Assembly (NCBI GenBank): GCA_964658105.1
Contig: CAZZXY010000005.1
Location: 366-64,365, forward strand
Length of the DNA: 64,000 nt
Direction of reading: 5' to 3'
Source of the DNA: Verrucomicrobia bacterium Tous-C9LFEB
Lineage (GTDB): Bacteria > Acidobacteriota > Terriglobia > Terriglobales > Acidobacteriaceae
Below are positions 46,061 through 55,677 of this stretch, piece after piece. The notes below the pieces were generated by a model. The model had not been told where the DNA came from. It searched no databases and was given only the letters and a program-made list of their open reading frames with translations. Within the stretch, counting starts at the first letter, position 1. The number at the start of each line of letters is the position of its first letter. The translations under genes were made by a program, and so were the position numbers.

Positions 46061-49000
46061 ATGAACGTTACGCGTTGGCAAGCCCGCTTCTCTTCCATTT
46101 CCGCCTGTTTCGGCCACCGATACCGACCACCCTGCCGAGCGATTCTGCTACTGAGTTTGTCATCGTTGCTGCCCGGGATTTCGACTCGCGCCCAAGCGGC
46201 GACGGGGCCGGGGTCGGCACAGAGCGCAGCTCGCTCCAACAACGTTGGGGTGGCATACATGAACCAGCAGTTCATGGAAAAGGCGCTGCATAAGTTCGAG
46301 GAAGCCAGACAGGCAGATGCGGCGGCTGTGATTCCACTCGTGAACGAAGGGGTGGCTTACCTCTATCTGCGCAAGCTGCCGGAAGCCGAAGAGACTCTGA
46401 AAAAGGCGACGTCGCTCGATCCCAAGAGCGTCCGTGCGTGGTACAGCCTTGGGGTGGCCGCTTTCACCGGAGGAGCTCAGGACGAAGCACTCAGTGACTT
46501 CCAGCACGCTTCCGCGATCGATGCCCAGGATGCCGATACTCACTACTTCATTGCGACGATCTATTCCAGCCAGAAAAGATTCGACGAGGCCGTTCCAGAG
46601 TTCAACACGGCACTGAGCCTGAATCCACTGCATGCGTCGGCGCAGTTCGGTCTTGCGCGTGTGTTGCAACGTCAGGGCAAGGTTGAGGACGCCCGGGTGC
46701 ATATCAAGCGTTTTCAAGACATCACCGATAAAAAGATCGGGATGCTGATGAGCGCCTCGTATGGAGAACAGGGGCGCTATGCGACCGTGCAGGACATGCT
46801 CGGGACGCCTTCCAACGCCGCACCCATGATTCCTGTGACCTTTGTCGCAGAGAATGGCCCAATCGCCACGGAAACGCAGGTGGGCACGGGCAAGAGCGCC
46901 TCCGGCGGCGTCTGCGTGCTGGACATACAAGGGGACGGCAGCAAGAACGTCGTCGCGACGACGACCGGCGAAGGCTTACGCGCCTACAGCATCAGCAAAG
47001 GGGGAGTCCCGGAGGTTCTACCGGCTACCGCAACCGGCCTGATCGCGAAAGGTGATGGCGTCTCCTGTGCAGTGGGGGATTTCGACAACGATGGACTTCC
47101 GGATCTAGCGCTCGCGCTGACCGATCGTGTCCTTCTGTTCCGCAACCTCGGCCATGGTAAGTTTGCCGATGTCACGGACAAGGTCGGCCTCAGGTCGCTG
47201 AATAAGCCCGCAGGTATCACCTTCGTTGACTTCGATCACGATGGAGATCTCGATCTCTTCGTGACAGGTTCGCCTACAGCGGCAGGGGCCAGCGTACTTT
47301 GGCGCAATAATGGCAACTCCACTTTCACCGAGTGGACCACGGCACCAGGTCTTGCGGGAACGGGCAACACCATCGGGGCCGTGCTGTCCGATGTCAACAA
47401 CGATCGAGCGGTGGATCTCTTTGTGAGTGGCGACGGTACCGCCCCGCAGCTCTACCTGAATCAACGCGAGGGCGCCTTCAAACAGATCGCGTTGTACGCC
47501 AATGCGGCGCTTGCGACCAGTCGTGGTCTCGCCGTAGCCGACTTCAATAAAGATGGCCTCATGGACGTTGCCGTGACGCACACCGGCGCTCCGGGCCTAA
47601 GCCTGTGGCGGAATGTGGACGGCAGTCGCTTTGAACGGGTAACAATCAATCTGCCGGGCGTCATCTCCGCTTGGGGTTTGACCCCGATCGATTTTGACAA
47701 CGATGGCTGGATCGATCTGGCAGCTCTCGTCGAGACCTCCACGGGTACGCAGTTGCGGATGTTGCGGAATGAAGGCGGCATGGGTTTTCAGGACGTCAGC
47801 GAGGCCCTGGGCCTGCGCAAGCTGAACCTCTCGGGAGCGCGCTCCGTCGTTGCCGCTGACGTCAATCTGGACAATGCAGCGGATCTGGTGATTGGACGCG
47901 TCGATGCGCCACCCCTGGTGCTACGCAACGTGGGTGGCAATCGCAACCATTCTCTCCGAATCAGTCTCGCTGGCCTTGCCGATAACAAGAGTGCTATCGG
48001 CACCAAGGTTGAGGTCTTCTCCGACGGGAACTGGCAAAAGTTCGAGGTGCCCGGCGCGTCCGGGTACATGGGCCAGGGCGCCACGGAGCTGATCGCCGGG
48101 CTGGGCTCCAGCGAACATGCCGACGTGGTCCGCCTGCTGTGGCCTACGGGCGTCCCTCAGGATGAACTGGACATCGCAGCGAACAAGCCGCTCGCGCTTA
48201 CGGAGCTTGATCGCCGCGGCAGCTCCTGTCCTGTCCTCTTTGCCTGGGATGGGGCGAAATACACCTTTGTCTCGGATGTTATTGGCGCGGGCGTGGTCGG
48301 GCACTGGATGTCCCCTACCTCACGCAACCAGCCTGACTCCGACGAGTGGACCAAGATTGATGGCAACATGCTGCACGCCCGTAAAGGGCAACTTAGTGTG
48401 CGGTTCGGTGAACCCATGGAAGAGATCAACTACATCGATCACCTTCGCCTCGTCGCGGTCGACCACCCCGCGAACACGGACGTTTACCCCGACGAGAAGT
48501 TTCTCACTGAACCGCCGTTTGCTTCCGGCAAAACCATGGTTGCCTCCTCAGCAACGCATCTGCCTCTGGGCGCGTGGGGCGATCATGGTCAAGACGCGCT
48601 CGCAGTCCTGTCCAAGCGAGACCACCACTACCTCCAGGATTTCAAGAATCTAAGTTACGCTGGCTTTGCCAACGATCACACCCTGACGCTTGACCTTGGG
48701 TCCTGGTCACCCCAGAACCCGATCCGCCTCTTTTTGCATGGCTATGTCGAATATTTCAGTGCTAGTTCCATGTATGCCGCGTGGCAGGCGGGCATCCAGC
48801 CACAGCCGCCCAGTGTGGAAGCTCAGATGCCGGACGGCAACTGGAAGCTCATCATCGCCGACATGGGCTTCCCTGCGGGACTGCCGCGAACGATCGTCGT
48901 TGACCTTACCGGCAAGCTGCCCGTGGGAGCGCGTCGCCTCCGCCTCAAGACGAATCTACAGATCTACTGGGATCAGGTGCTGGTGGATAATGGCCCGGAT

Positions 49001-49543
49001 GCAGGGGCAACCGCGCACACTACGGAGTTGCCGCTGACCTCGGCGCACCTCGCCTTCCGTGGCTATCCGAAGCAGGTTGATTTGGAAACGCCCGGTGATC
49101 TTACCTACGACTACCAGAGCATCAGCATGACCGGCCCGTTTGGCTGGCAGCGCGGCAGCTACACCCGTTATGGTGATGTCACTCCGCTTCTCACGCAGCG
49201 CGACAATCACTACGTTATCTTCGGTAGCGGAGAAGATATCGATGCGGAGTTCAGTGATGCGTCCCTGCCATCGTTGAAGCAAGGCTGGAAGCGCGACTAT
49301 TTCTTCTATGCTGACGGCTTCGTCAAGGACATGGACTTCTACGAGGCCCTTCCTTTCACGGTAGCGGAGATGCCCTTTCACGAGATGTCGAGCTATCCCT
49401 ATACCTCGCGCGAACGTTTCCCTGACGGAGCTGATTCGCTCGCGTACCGCCTCGAGTGGAACGACCGTATGGAGACCGGCGAGCGCACGCAGCGCTTTCA
49501 GTTCGACTACAGGCACAAGATTTCAGAGCCGATTCAGAAGTGA
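46061..49543 (+). CDS. giant TPR + FG-GAP/VCBS + ASPIC/UnbV protein with the same unassigned C-terminal module (paralog A2)
   Basis: ATG 46061 gives the signal ...RAILLLSLSSLLPGISTRAQA. TPR repeats, VGDFDNDGLPDLA, FVDFDHDGDLDLF, VADFNKDGLMDVA, PIDFDNDGWIDLA, then NKSAIGTKVEVFSDG...RLLWPTG, then CPVLFAWDG... The upstream 1150 nt of the listed ORF 44909..49543 are antisense to the AsnB-like gene and are rejected. Confidence 0.8.
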   Translation: MNVTRWQARFSSISACFGHRYRPPCRAILLLSLSSLLPGISTRAQAATGPGSAQSAARSNNVGVAYMNQQFMEKALHKFEEARQADAAAVIPLVNEGVAYLYLRKLPEAEETLKKATSLDPKSVRAWYSLGVAAFTGGAQDEALSDFQHASAIDAQDADTHYFIATIYSSQKRFDEAVPEFNTALSLNPLHASAQFGLARVLQRQGKVEDARVHIKRFQDITDKKIGMLMSASYGEQGRYATVQDMLGTPSNAAPMIPVTFVAENGPIATETQVGTGKSASGGVCVLDIQGDGSKNVVATTTGEGLRAYSISKGGVPEVLPATATGLIAKGDGVSCAVGDFDNDGLPDLALALTDRVLLFRNLGHGKFADVTDKVGLRSLNKPAGITFVDFDHDGDLDLFVTGSPTAAGASVLWRNNGNSTFTEWTTAPGLAGTGNTIGAVLSDVNNDRAVDLFVSGDGTAPQLYLNQREGAFKQIALYANAALATSRGLAVADFNKDGLMDVAVTHTGAPGLSLWRNVDGSRFERVTINLPGVISAWGLTPIDFDNDGWIDLAALVETSTGTQLRMLRNEGGMGFQDVSEALGLRKLNLSGARSVVAADVNLDNAADLVIGRVDAPPLVLRNVGGNRNHSLRISLAGLADNKSAIGTKVEVFSDGNWQKFEVPGASGYMGQGATELIAGLGSSEHADVVRLLWPTGVPQDELDIAANKPLALTELDRRGSSCPVLFAWDGAKYTFVSDVIGAGVVGHWMSPTSRNQPDSDEWTKIDGNMLHARKGQLSVRFGEPMEEINYIDHLRLVAVDHPANTDVYPDEKFLTEPPFASGKTMVASSATHLPLGAWGDHGQDALAVLSKRDHHYLQDFKNLSYAGFANDHTLTLDLGSWSPQNPIRLFLHGYVEYFSASSMYAAWQAGIQPQPPSVEAQMPDGNWKLIIADMGFPAGLPRTIVVDLTGKLPVGARRLRLKTNLQIYWDQVLVDNGPDAGATAHTTELPLTSAHLAFRGYPKQVDLETPGDLTYDYQSISMTGPFGWQRGSYTRYGDVTPLLTQRDNHYVIFGSGEDIDAEFSDASLPSLKQGWKRDYFFYADGFVKDMDFYEALPFTVAEMPFHEMSSYPYTSRERFPDGADSLAYRLEWNDRMETGERTQRFQFDYRHKISEPIQK

Positions 49544-49549
49544 TTTGCC

Positions 49550-51460
49550 GTGACGCTCTACAAGGAGCTACAACAATCTCGTCGAGAACATCAGTCTAAG
49601 CTCCAGTCCATGGCAAGGAACGCTTGTGATGCCCATTCGTCGTATCGCCATTTGTCTCCTTGGTATCGGCCTGTCACTACAGGCGCAACAGCCGGATGCC
49701 GCTCCGGTAACCCTGACGCCACACCGGCTGCACGCGCACTCCTCAAACAAATCGACGCGGTCTCCGGCGCAGCTACCTTAAGCGGGGAGCACAATTACCC
49801 GAATACTGTTTCCCGCTACAGTGATCGTGTCTATGAGCTGACGGGGCATTACCCGGCCATCTTTGGGCAGGACTTCGGATTTTCCGCGGGCGAGGACAAG
49901 GACTCCACGCTGAGCCGCTCTTCGATGATCCAGGAGGTGATCCGGCAATACCGGTCCGGCGCCGTGATCGCGCTCTGCTGGCACGCCGTCCGCCCTACGG
50001 AGGATGAGCCGGTCACCTTCCACGACAGTGTGCAGGGCAAGCTGACCGATTGGGAGTTTCAGCAGGTGATCACGCCCGGCACCGAGCTCCATGCGCGCTG
50101 GGAGCGTCAGGCAGATCGCATCGCCGGCTACCTTCGCGAGTTGCAGGACGCAGGTGTGCCGGTTCTCTTCCGCCCGTATCACGAGATGAACGGCAACTGG
50201 TTCTGGTGGGGCGGGCGGCCTGGACCGAGCGGTACAGCGGCTATTTACCGCATGATCTTCGATCGGTATGTACACGTCCATCACCTCAACAATCTCATCT
50301 GGGTGTGGAATGTAAACGCTCCATCAGCAAACGCTGGCCCCGTGGACCAGTACTGGCCCGGGCCGGCCTACGCCGATGTGGTGGCCATTGATATCTACGG
50401 AGGATTCGAACAAAGCTACTACGACAGCATGCTGGCACTCGCGGGCACTCACAAACCTGTTGCGCTTGCCGAGGTAGGGACTATGCCGACCCTCGAGGTA
50501 CTGGCCAAACAGCCGCGCTGGGCGTACATGATGATGTGGAGCGGCTCGGCCGAGGATTCTAATTCGCCTGCGCAGTTGAAGGCGGTTCTCAGCGCGCCCA
50601 ACGTCATAGATCGTGGCGATCCGCGTCTGTCACCGCCGCTCCCCTTTTCAACCATTCAGTTGAATCCACAGGACGTGACGGCAACGCCTGCAACACGCGC
50701 GATGCTGGCACGATTCCCTACACCCGCCACCATGGGTGCGACGCAAACTACGAAGGCCAGTCAAAAAGCAACGGGTCCTCCGATTGCAGAGTTAGCTGTT
50801 AGCGATCCGAACGCCCCAGAGGTCGCCGATCGCGTGCGTAGCATAAGCAAAGCCGGCCAACTACCGTTACTGCGCTGGACACCGACCTCCCCCACGGGAA
50901 AAGGCGACGTGCCCCTGGACGACTTCGAGTGGGCCGAGCTGCGCCATTTCGGGACTTCTCTGAATCGGCAGTGGCGAGACGAGATCGAGCCGTTTGCCCG
51001 TCTGCTGGAGCGTCTGCAGAAAGAGGGTACGCCGGTCTTGCTGAGTGCCCTGCCCGAACCGAACAGCGATACGTACTGGTGGGGCGCTCACCCCGGCCCT
51101 GAAGGCTCCCAGGCGTTGCTGCGGGAGATCCACGCGAGTTTTGCGGCACGTCACCTGAACAACATCGTGTGGGTCTGGGAGCCTGTGATGGGTGCTCCAG
51201 GGCGGGACTCCGTCCGGCGCAGCGCTCCCATGGAAGACTTCTACCCTGGGCCGCTCAGCGCGGATTTAATCCTGGTTGACCAGTCAAACCCTGGCCAGGA
51301 CCCGGGCTGGGCCTGGCACATTCTTCGCCAGTTCAGCGGTCCCAAACCCCTGGGCGTCCGCACCCCGTCGACAGACGCCGCGGCCACGGGGAGGTTTGAT
51401 TTCGTAGTACCCCTGACCCCAGCCGCACCAGTCGCGAACAGCGCCCCCTTCACCCGTTGA
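49550..51460 (+). CDS. glycoside hydrolase family 26 (beta-mannanase-like), tandem domains; N-terminus possibly disrupted by a frameshift
   Basis: FRPYHEMNGNWFWWGG is the GH26 catalytic-acid motif. A second, diverged copy (LSALPEPNSDTYWWGA, NNIVWVWEP) follows. As listed there is no signal peptide, but a good one is encoded out of frame from ATG 49629. Confidence 0.75.
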   Translation: MTLYKELQQSRREHQSKLQSMARNACDAHSSYRHLSPWYRPVTTGATAGCRSGNPDATPAARALLKQIDAVSGAATLSGEHNYPNTVSRYSDRVYELTGHYPAIFGQDFGFSAGEDKDSTLSRSSMIQEVIRQYRSGAVIALCWHAVRPTEDEPVTFHDSVQGKLTDWEFQQVITPGTELHARWERQADRIAGYLRELQDAGVPVLFRPYHEMNGNWFWWGGRPGPSGTAAIYRMIFDRYVHVHHLNNLIWVWNVNAPSANAGPVDQYWPGPAYADVVAIDIYGGFEQSYYDSMLALAGTHKPVALAEVGTMPTLEVLAKQPRWAYMMMWSGSAEDSNSPAQLKAVLSAPNVIDRGDPRLSPPLPFSTIQLNPQDVTATPATRAMLARFPTPATMGATQTTKASQKATGPPIAELAVSDPNAPEVADRVRSISKAGQLPLLRWTPTSPTGKGDVPLDDFEWAELRHFGTSLNRQWRDEIEPFARLLERLQKEGTPVLLSALPEPNSDTYWWGAHPGPEGSQALLREIHASFAARHLNNIVWVWEPVMGAPGRDSVRRSAPMEDFYPGPLSADLILVDQSNPGQDPGWAWHILRQFSGPKPLGVRTPSTDAAATGRFDFVVPLTPAAPVANSAPFTR

Positions 51461-51483
51461 TGCTCACCGGAGACTCGTTCGTG

Positions 51484-53067
51484 ATGCCGCAGTTCAGCTG
51501 TCTGGCGTTTGCTTTTTTGCTGGTTTGTCCTCCTGCCGCCTTGACCCAGGTCCACTACGACCCAAATCCTGCAGCGATCGTCGAGCTGACTACGGGCAAG
51601 CTGCAGGGCGCGGAACCAGCGGCAGGGGTGCGCGCTTACCTGGGCATTCCTTACGCCAAAGCACCGGTTGGCCCGCTACGCTGGCGTCCTCCACAGCCAT
51701 TCGGCAAGCTGAGCGTCGATCCCGCGACGCCTCGGCCGGCAACGGCCCATGGTGCCCCATGCGCGCAGCAGAAGTTTGGCTGGAATAACGGCTCAGCCGA
51801 GCACGGTACGGAGGACTGCCTGTTTTTGAACGTGTGGTCGCCGGCTGCGGGCGCTCGGCACCCCGTGATGGTCTACGTCCACGGAGGTTCCAACACAGCG
51901 GGCAGTGCAGCCGAAGAGCTCTCGAACGGACTGCAGTTGGTCCCCCGCGGTGTGGTCCTGGTCACCCTGGACTACCGGCTCGGTATCTTCGGCTTCCTTC
52001 GCACGCCGGCCCTTGATGCGGAAACAGCCTCGGGCGCTTCGGGCAACTATGGTCTTCTGGATCAGATCGCCGCGCTGCATTGGGTGCACGACAACATCGC
52101 GGCCTTTGGTGGCGATCCGGCTAATGTGACCCTTTTCGGCCAGTCGGCCGGTGCTGTGGATACTGGGCTGCTCATGGCCTCACCGCTGGCTCGTGGGCTG
52201 TTCCAGCGTGCACTGGAAGAGAGCGGGCAGGTGCTGGGACTCATGCCAACCGCGACGCGGCAACAGTCAGAGGACGCCTGGGCGCCAGTGGCCAAAGCGC
52301 TCGGCTCTGATCTCAGGACTATGCGGCAAGCATCTACAGCGGAAGTACTCGTCGCTGAACGCGACGCTCCCAAGCCGCCACCGGAGAACTTCTGGGGATA
52401 TCGGGGTGCATCGGTGGATGGCTATGTACTGCCTGCACCGCCTGCCCGGATCTTCGCCGAGGGCCATGAGGCGCCAGTGCCCCTGGTGATCGGTTCCAAC
52501 GTGCAGGAGATCGTGCCGCGTGGGCAGTCCACTGCAGAGGCGAATCACCTCATCGAATATGCCGTGGGACCGCAACGGGCACCAGCCCTAGAGGCGATCT
52601 ATGCGCAGCCACCTGCCAATCCGCTGGAGGGTGACATGGGTGCGCGCTTCCAAACGGATCGTGACTTCCGCTGCCCCGTCCGTCAGGTTGCGACCTGGCA
52701 TGCGAGTCACGGTTTTCCGACCTTTGTCTACCAGTTCGATCGTTCAGCCGGGTCGGCGAAAGCGGCACAGCACTCATCGGAGCTGCGCTTCGTCTTCGGC
52801 TTTCCGAATGCTGCTTCAAACCCCACCCATGTCGTCCTGGCGGATGACAGCACCGTGGCAACTGAGCTCCAGACACTCTGGACCACCTTCGCCCGCACCG
52901 GCACTCCAACACCAGCGGTAGGTTTACCGGATTGGCCGCAGTTCGACCCAGTGCAAGGCAATTACCTTCACTTCGCCTCTGATTCCACGCAGCCAGTTGT
53001 CGCTGGGGAACTCGGCGGTGCATCATGTTCGCTGTTGCGCGGCGATCTTCTACCTGGGTCACACTAG
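51484..53067 (+). CDS. type-B carboxylesterase/lipase family protein (secreted)
   Basis: EDCLFLNVWSP, FGQSAGA nucleophile elbow and signal MPQFSCLAFAFLLVCPPAALTQ. Alternative starts are 51457 and 51460. Confidence 0.9.
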   Translation: MPQFSCLAFAFLLVCPPAALTQVHYDPNPAAIVELTTGKLQGAEPAAGVRAYLGIPYAKAPVGPLRWRPPQPFGKLSVDPATPRPATAHGAPCAQQKFGWNNGSAEHGTEDCLFLNVWSPAAGARHPVMVYVHGGSNTAGSAAEELSNGLQLVPRGVVLVTLDYRLGIFGFLRTPALDAETASGASGNYGLLDQIAALHWVHDNIAAFGGDPANVTLFGQSAGAVDTGLLMASPLARGLFQRALEESGQVLGLMPTATRQQSEDAWAPVAKALGSDLRTMRQASTAEVLVAERDAPKPPPENFWGYRGASVDGYVLPAPPARIFAEGHEAPVPLVIGSNVQEIVPRGQSTAEANHLIEYAVGPQRAPALEAIYAQPPANPLEGDMGARFQTDRDFRCPVRQVATWHASHGFPTFVYQFDRSAGSAKAAQHSSELRFVFGFPNAASNPTHVVLADDSTVATELQTLWTTFARTGTPTPAVGLPDWPQFDPVQGNYLHFASDSTQPVVAGELGGASCSLLRGDLLPGSH

Positions 53068-53110
53068 TCGGCTAGAACACAACGCCTGTCTAACTGGAGC
53101 TGCTGCATAC

Positions 53111-54490
53111 ATGCTCGTGCCTCGTCGCCGTTTCCTTTTCGCAGGCTCTTGCAGCCTCTTGCTGACGAGCCGTGTTCCACGCACCCTGGCCCAGCAATCC
53201 GCGGCAACTGCCATTCTCGGCACAAACCTGCCGCCCACCGCTGCCAACTATCGCCTCTTTGCCGCGGCTGTGGAGTCCATGCTGCATCACGACGTGCTGG
53301 ATCCCTGGTATCCGCGCACAGTCGACGAGCAACACGGTGGCTTCTATGCCGACTTTGATCGTCAATGGAATCGCTTGCCCAGCCGCGGGAAGTTCTCCGT
53401 GTTTCAGGGTCGTATGACTTGGACGGCGGCTACCGTCGCTGAGCGCCGGCCTGCGTTGAAGGCACAATACCTTCCCTACGTTCGCCATGGTGTGGCCTAC
53501 CTGCACGACACACTGTGGGACCGCCAGTACGGCGGCTTCCATTGGGGCCTGGGCGACGACGGGCACCCCGCGCCGCAGTTCGGTGATGGAAAACACATGT
53601 ACGGCATCGGCTTCTGTGTCTATGCCTTGGCAGCAGCCTACAAGGTCGATCCGAACCCGGCCACCCTCGCCTTTGCGCAGCGGGCGTTCGCCTGGATTGA
53701 GGAGCACGCGCATGATGACGCGCATGGCGGCTACTATGAGTGGCTCACCCGAGATGGCCTGCCGATGCTGGTGCCGCGCTACACCGCCACGCTCGAGTTC
53801 CGTTACGGTGCGGACTCGCCAGTGGGCTACAAATCCATGAACACCCACATCCACATGCTCGAAGCCTATACCGAACTTTACGGCGTGTGGAAAGACGAAC
53901 GCCTACGCGTACGTGTGGACGAATTGCTGAGAATCGTTCGCGACAAGATTACCGTGCAGCCCGGTGCGATGAACCTGTACTTCACGCCCGAATGGCAGGC
54001 TCTTCCCGATCACGACAGCTATGGCCATGATGTCGAAACGACCTACCTGCTCCAGGAAGCCGCCCACGCACTTGGTCAGACTACGGATCCCGCGACGCGG
54101 GCGGTCGGCCGCATGCTTGTTGACCACGCTCTCGCGTACGGGTGGGACAACGACAAAGGCGGTCTTTTTCACTCGGGTGCCGCGTTCAGCAGGCCGGATG
54201 ACCTGCTGAAGGAATGGTGGGTGCAGATGGAGAGTCTCAACGCACTGCTTCTCATGCACGAGCTCTACGGAGCGCAGAGTGACCGTTACTGGAGGGCGTT
54301 TCAACAGCAGTGGAGCTACATCCGCACGTACCAGGTAGATTCGCAATTTGGTGGCGAGTATAACCTCGTCAAGCCTGACGGGCAGCCGGTATCATCCGAT
54401 AAGGGGAGTATGTGGAAAGGCGCCTACCATGATGGGCGTGCCCTGATGAATGTGAGCGACCAACTGAGTGCGATGGCTGACGGGAGGTAG
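53111..54490 (+). CDS. AGE-family epimerase/isomerase (N-acylglucosamine / cellobiose-mannobiose 2-epimerase fold) with TAT-like signal
   Basis: MLVPRRRFLFAGSCSLLL signal from ATG 53111. GGFYADFD, GKHMYGIGFCVYALAAAY, HGGYYEWL, MNTHIHMLEAYTELY and WWVQMESLNALL. Confidence 0.85.
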   Translation: MLVPRRRFLFAGSCSLLLTSRVPRTLAQQSAATAILGTNLPPTAANYRLFAAAVESMLHHDVLDPWYPRTVDEQHGGFYADFDRQWNRLPSRGKFSVFQGRMTWTAATVAERRPALKAQYLPYVRHGVAYLHDTLWDRQYGGFHWGLGDDGHPAPQFGDGKHMYGIGFCVYALAAAYKVDPNPATLAFAQRAFAWIEEHAHDDAHGGYYEWLTRDGLPMLVPRYTATLEFRYGADSPVGYKSMNTHIHMLEAYTELYGVWKDERLRVRVDELLRIVRDKITVQPGAMNLYFTPEWQALPDHDSYGHDVETTYLLQEAAHALGQTTDPATRAVGRMLVDHALAYGWDNDKGGLFHSGAAFSRPDDLLKEWWVQMESLNALLLMHELYGAQSDRYWRAFQQQWSYIRTYQVDSQFGGEYNLVKPDGQPVSSDKGSMWKGAYHDGRALMNVSDQLSAMADGR

Positions 54491-54534
54491 AGCCGGAGGC
54501 AGCCGCTGATGCAGCGAAGCGGCCTTACCGGCAA

Positions 54535-54563
54535 CGCGAGGGCCCTCGGGAGGGCTCCTCGCG
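54535..54563. terminator. GC-rich hairpin between convergent genes
   Basis: CGCGAGG (54535-54541) pairs with CCTCGCG (54557-54563), and an inner GCCC/GGGC stem is present. There is no clear U-tract on either strand. Confidence 0.35.
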
Positions 54564-54577
54564 CACAAGAATGAGAC

Positions 54578-55663
54578 CTACTTGATTGAACCGTTCAGTC
54601 CGGCCGGAAAGAAGCCACCACTGCCGGTTCCGCCAGCGTAGACGATGGTCAGAACCTGAGCTGGGGTCAATGCCGGAGAAAGCGAGCCGTTCGTGGTACC
54701 CGAAAACGGAGCTGCGCTCGTCGTGGTGATCCCGGTTGTGGCGTCAGTCGAGTTCGTTACATAGCTGGTTGAGGCGTTCACGACGCTCGCGGCACTCCGG
54801 ACCGTAGCGCCGTTCAAGACTACGAGCTGCCCACCTACACCTACGTCATCCCCTCGCAGGTTCGCCGGAGATCCGGACTTGTCCAGGTTGGCTCGGACGC
54901 CGGAGATACCCGTCGTCACCAGACTCGCGGTTCCGGCCGGTCCCAGGGTGGTAGCCACCTGGTCCAGGGCGTAGATCTGCGTACGAATCAGGCCGTAGTG
55001 GTAAGCCTCTGTTGCCTGGATCCCTGCCGCCGCGTTCAAGTTAGCTGGAATGGTCAACAACGGAGCTGCGCCACTGTAGGCCGCAACGCCAGTTTCGAAG
55101 ATGTAGGCCCCGAGGAGAAAGTTGATCTCGCTTGCAAACGGGTCGAAGGTAGTCTGCGTGATCCCCGGCGTGGCAATCTTATTGGTCTTGAAGAACGCCA
55201 GGACCGTGGTCCAGAGGGTGTTGAAGCTGGTGTATAAATCGATCGCAGGTTGTGCAACAGCCAGACTTCCCAACGCCGTGCGAAGGAAGTTGATGTGCTT
55301 CTGCTCATCACTTGCGATCTCTGCAGCATAGGAAGCCAGAAGAGTATCGGTGAAGGACACTTTGCAAGCAGCCGAGCCGCCCGCTTTGGTGGTGACGGTA
55401 CCTGCAGTACCTGTACCACTCGTCCCGATACTCGCGTCTGCCAACGTCTGCCCGAAAGCGGCAAGCGAGTAGTAATTGCCTTCCAGATACTCAAGGTTCA
55501 GGGCAAAGTTCAGGTAGTCTGTGTCGCTTAGGGCTGGAGCCGTTTGCGCCTGCGTCACCGAGGTCAACGCCAATCCGGCAAGCGCGGCGCCGCCCAGGGT
55601 CAACATCCGGCGACGGCTGTTCGCAATGACTTCATCAAGCTGCTGTGTTTCAAGGGTAGCCAT
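54578..55663 (-). CDS. TAT-exported ferritin-like (Ferritin_2) domain protein
   Basis: SRRRMLTLGGAALAGLAL twin-arginine signal. DTDYLNFALNLEYLEGNYY and EQKHINFLR are typical of Ferritin_2 / desiccation-related PCC13-62-like proteins. Confidence 0.8.
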   Translation of the reverse strand: MATLETQQLDEVIANSRRRMLTLGGAALAGLALTSVTQAQTAPALSDTDYLNFALNLEYLEGNYYSLAAFGQTLADASIGTSGTGTAGTVTTKAGGSAACKVSFTDTLLASYAAEIASDEQKHINFLRTALGSLAVAQPAIDLYTSFNTLWTTVLAFFKTNKIATPGITQTTFDPFASEINFLLGAYIFETGVAAYSGAAPLLTIPANLNAAAGIQATEAYHYGLIRTQIYALDQVATTLGPAGTASLVTTGISGVRANLDKSGSPANLRGDDVGVGGQLVVLNGATVRSAASVVNASTSYVTNSTDATTGITTTSAAPFSGTTNGSLSPALTPAQVLTIVYAGGTGSGGFFPAGLNGSIK

Positions 55664-55677
55664 CTATATCTCCGTAT

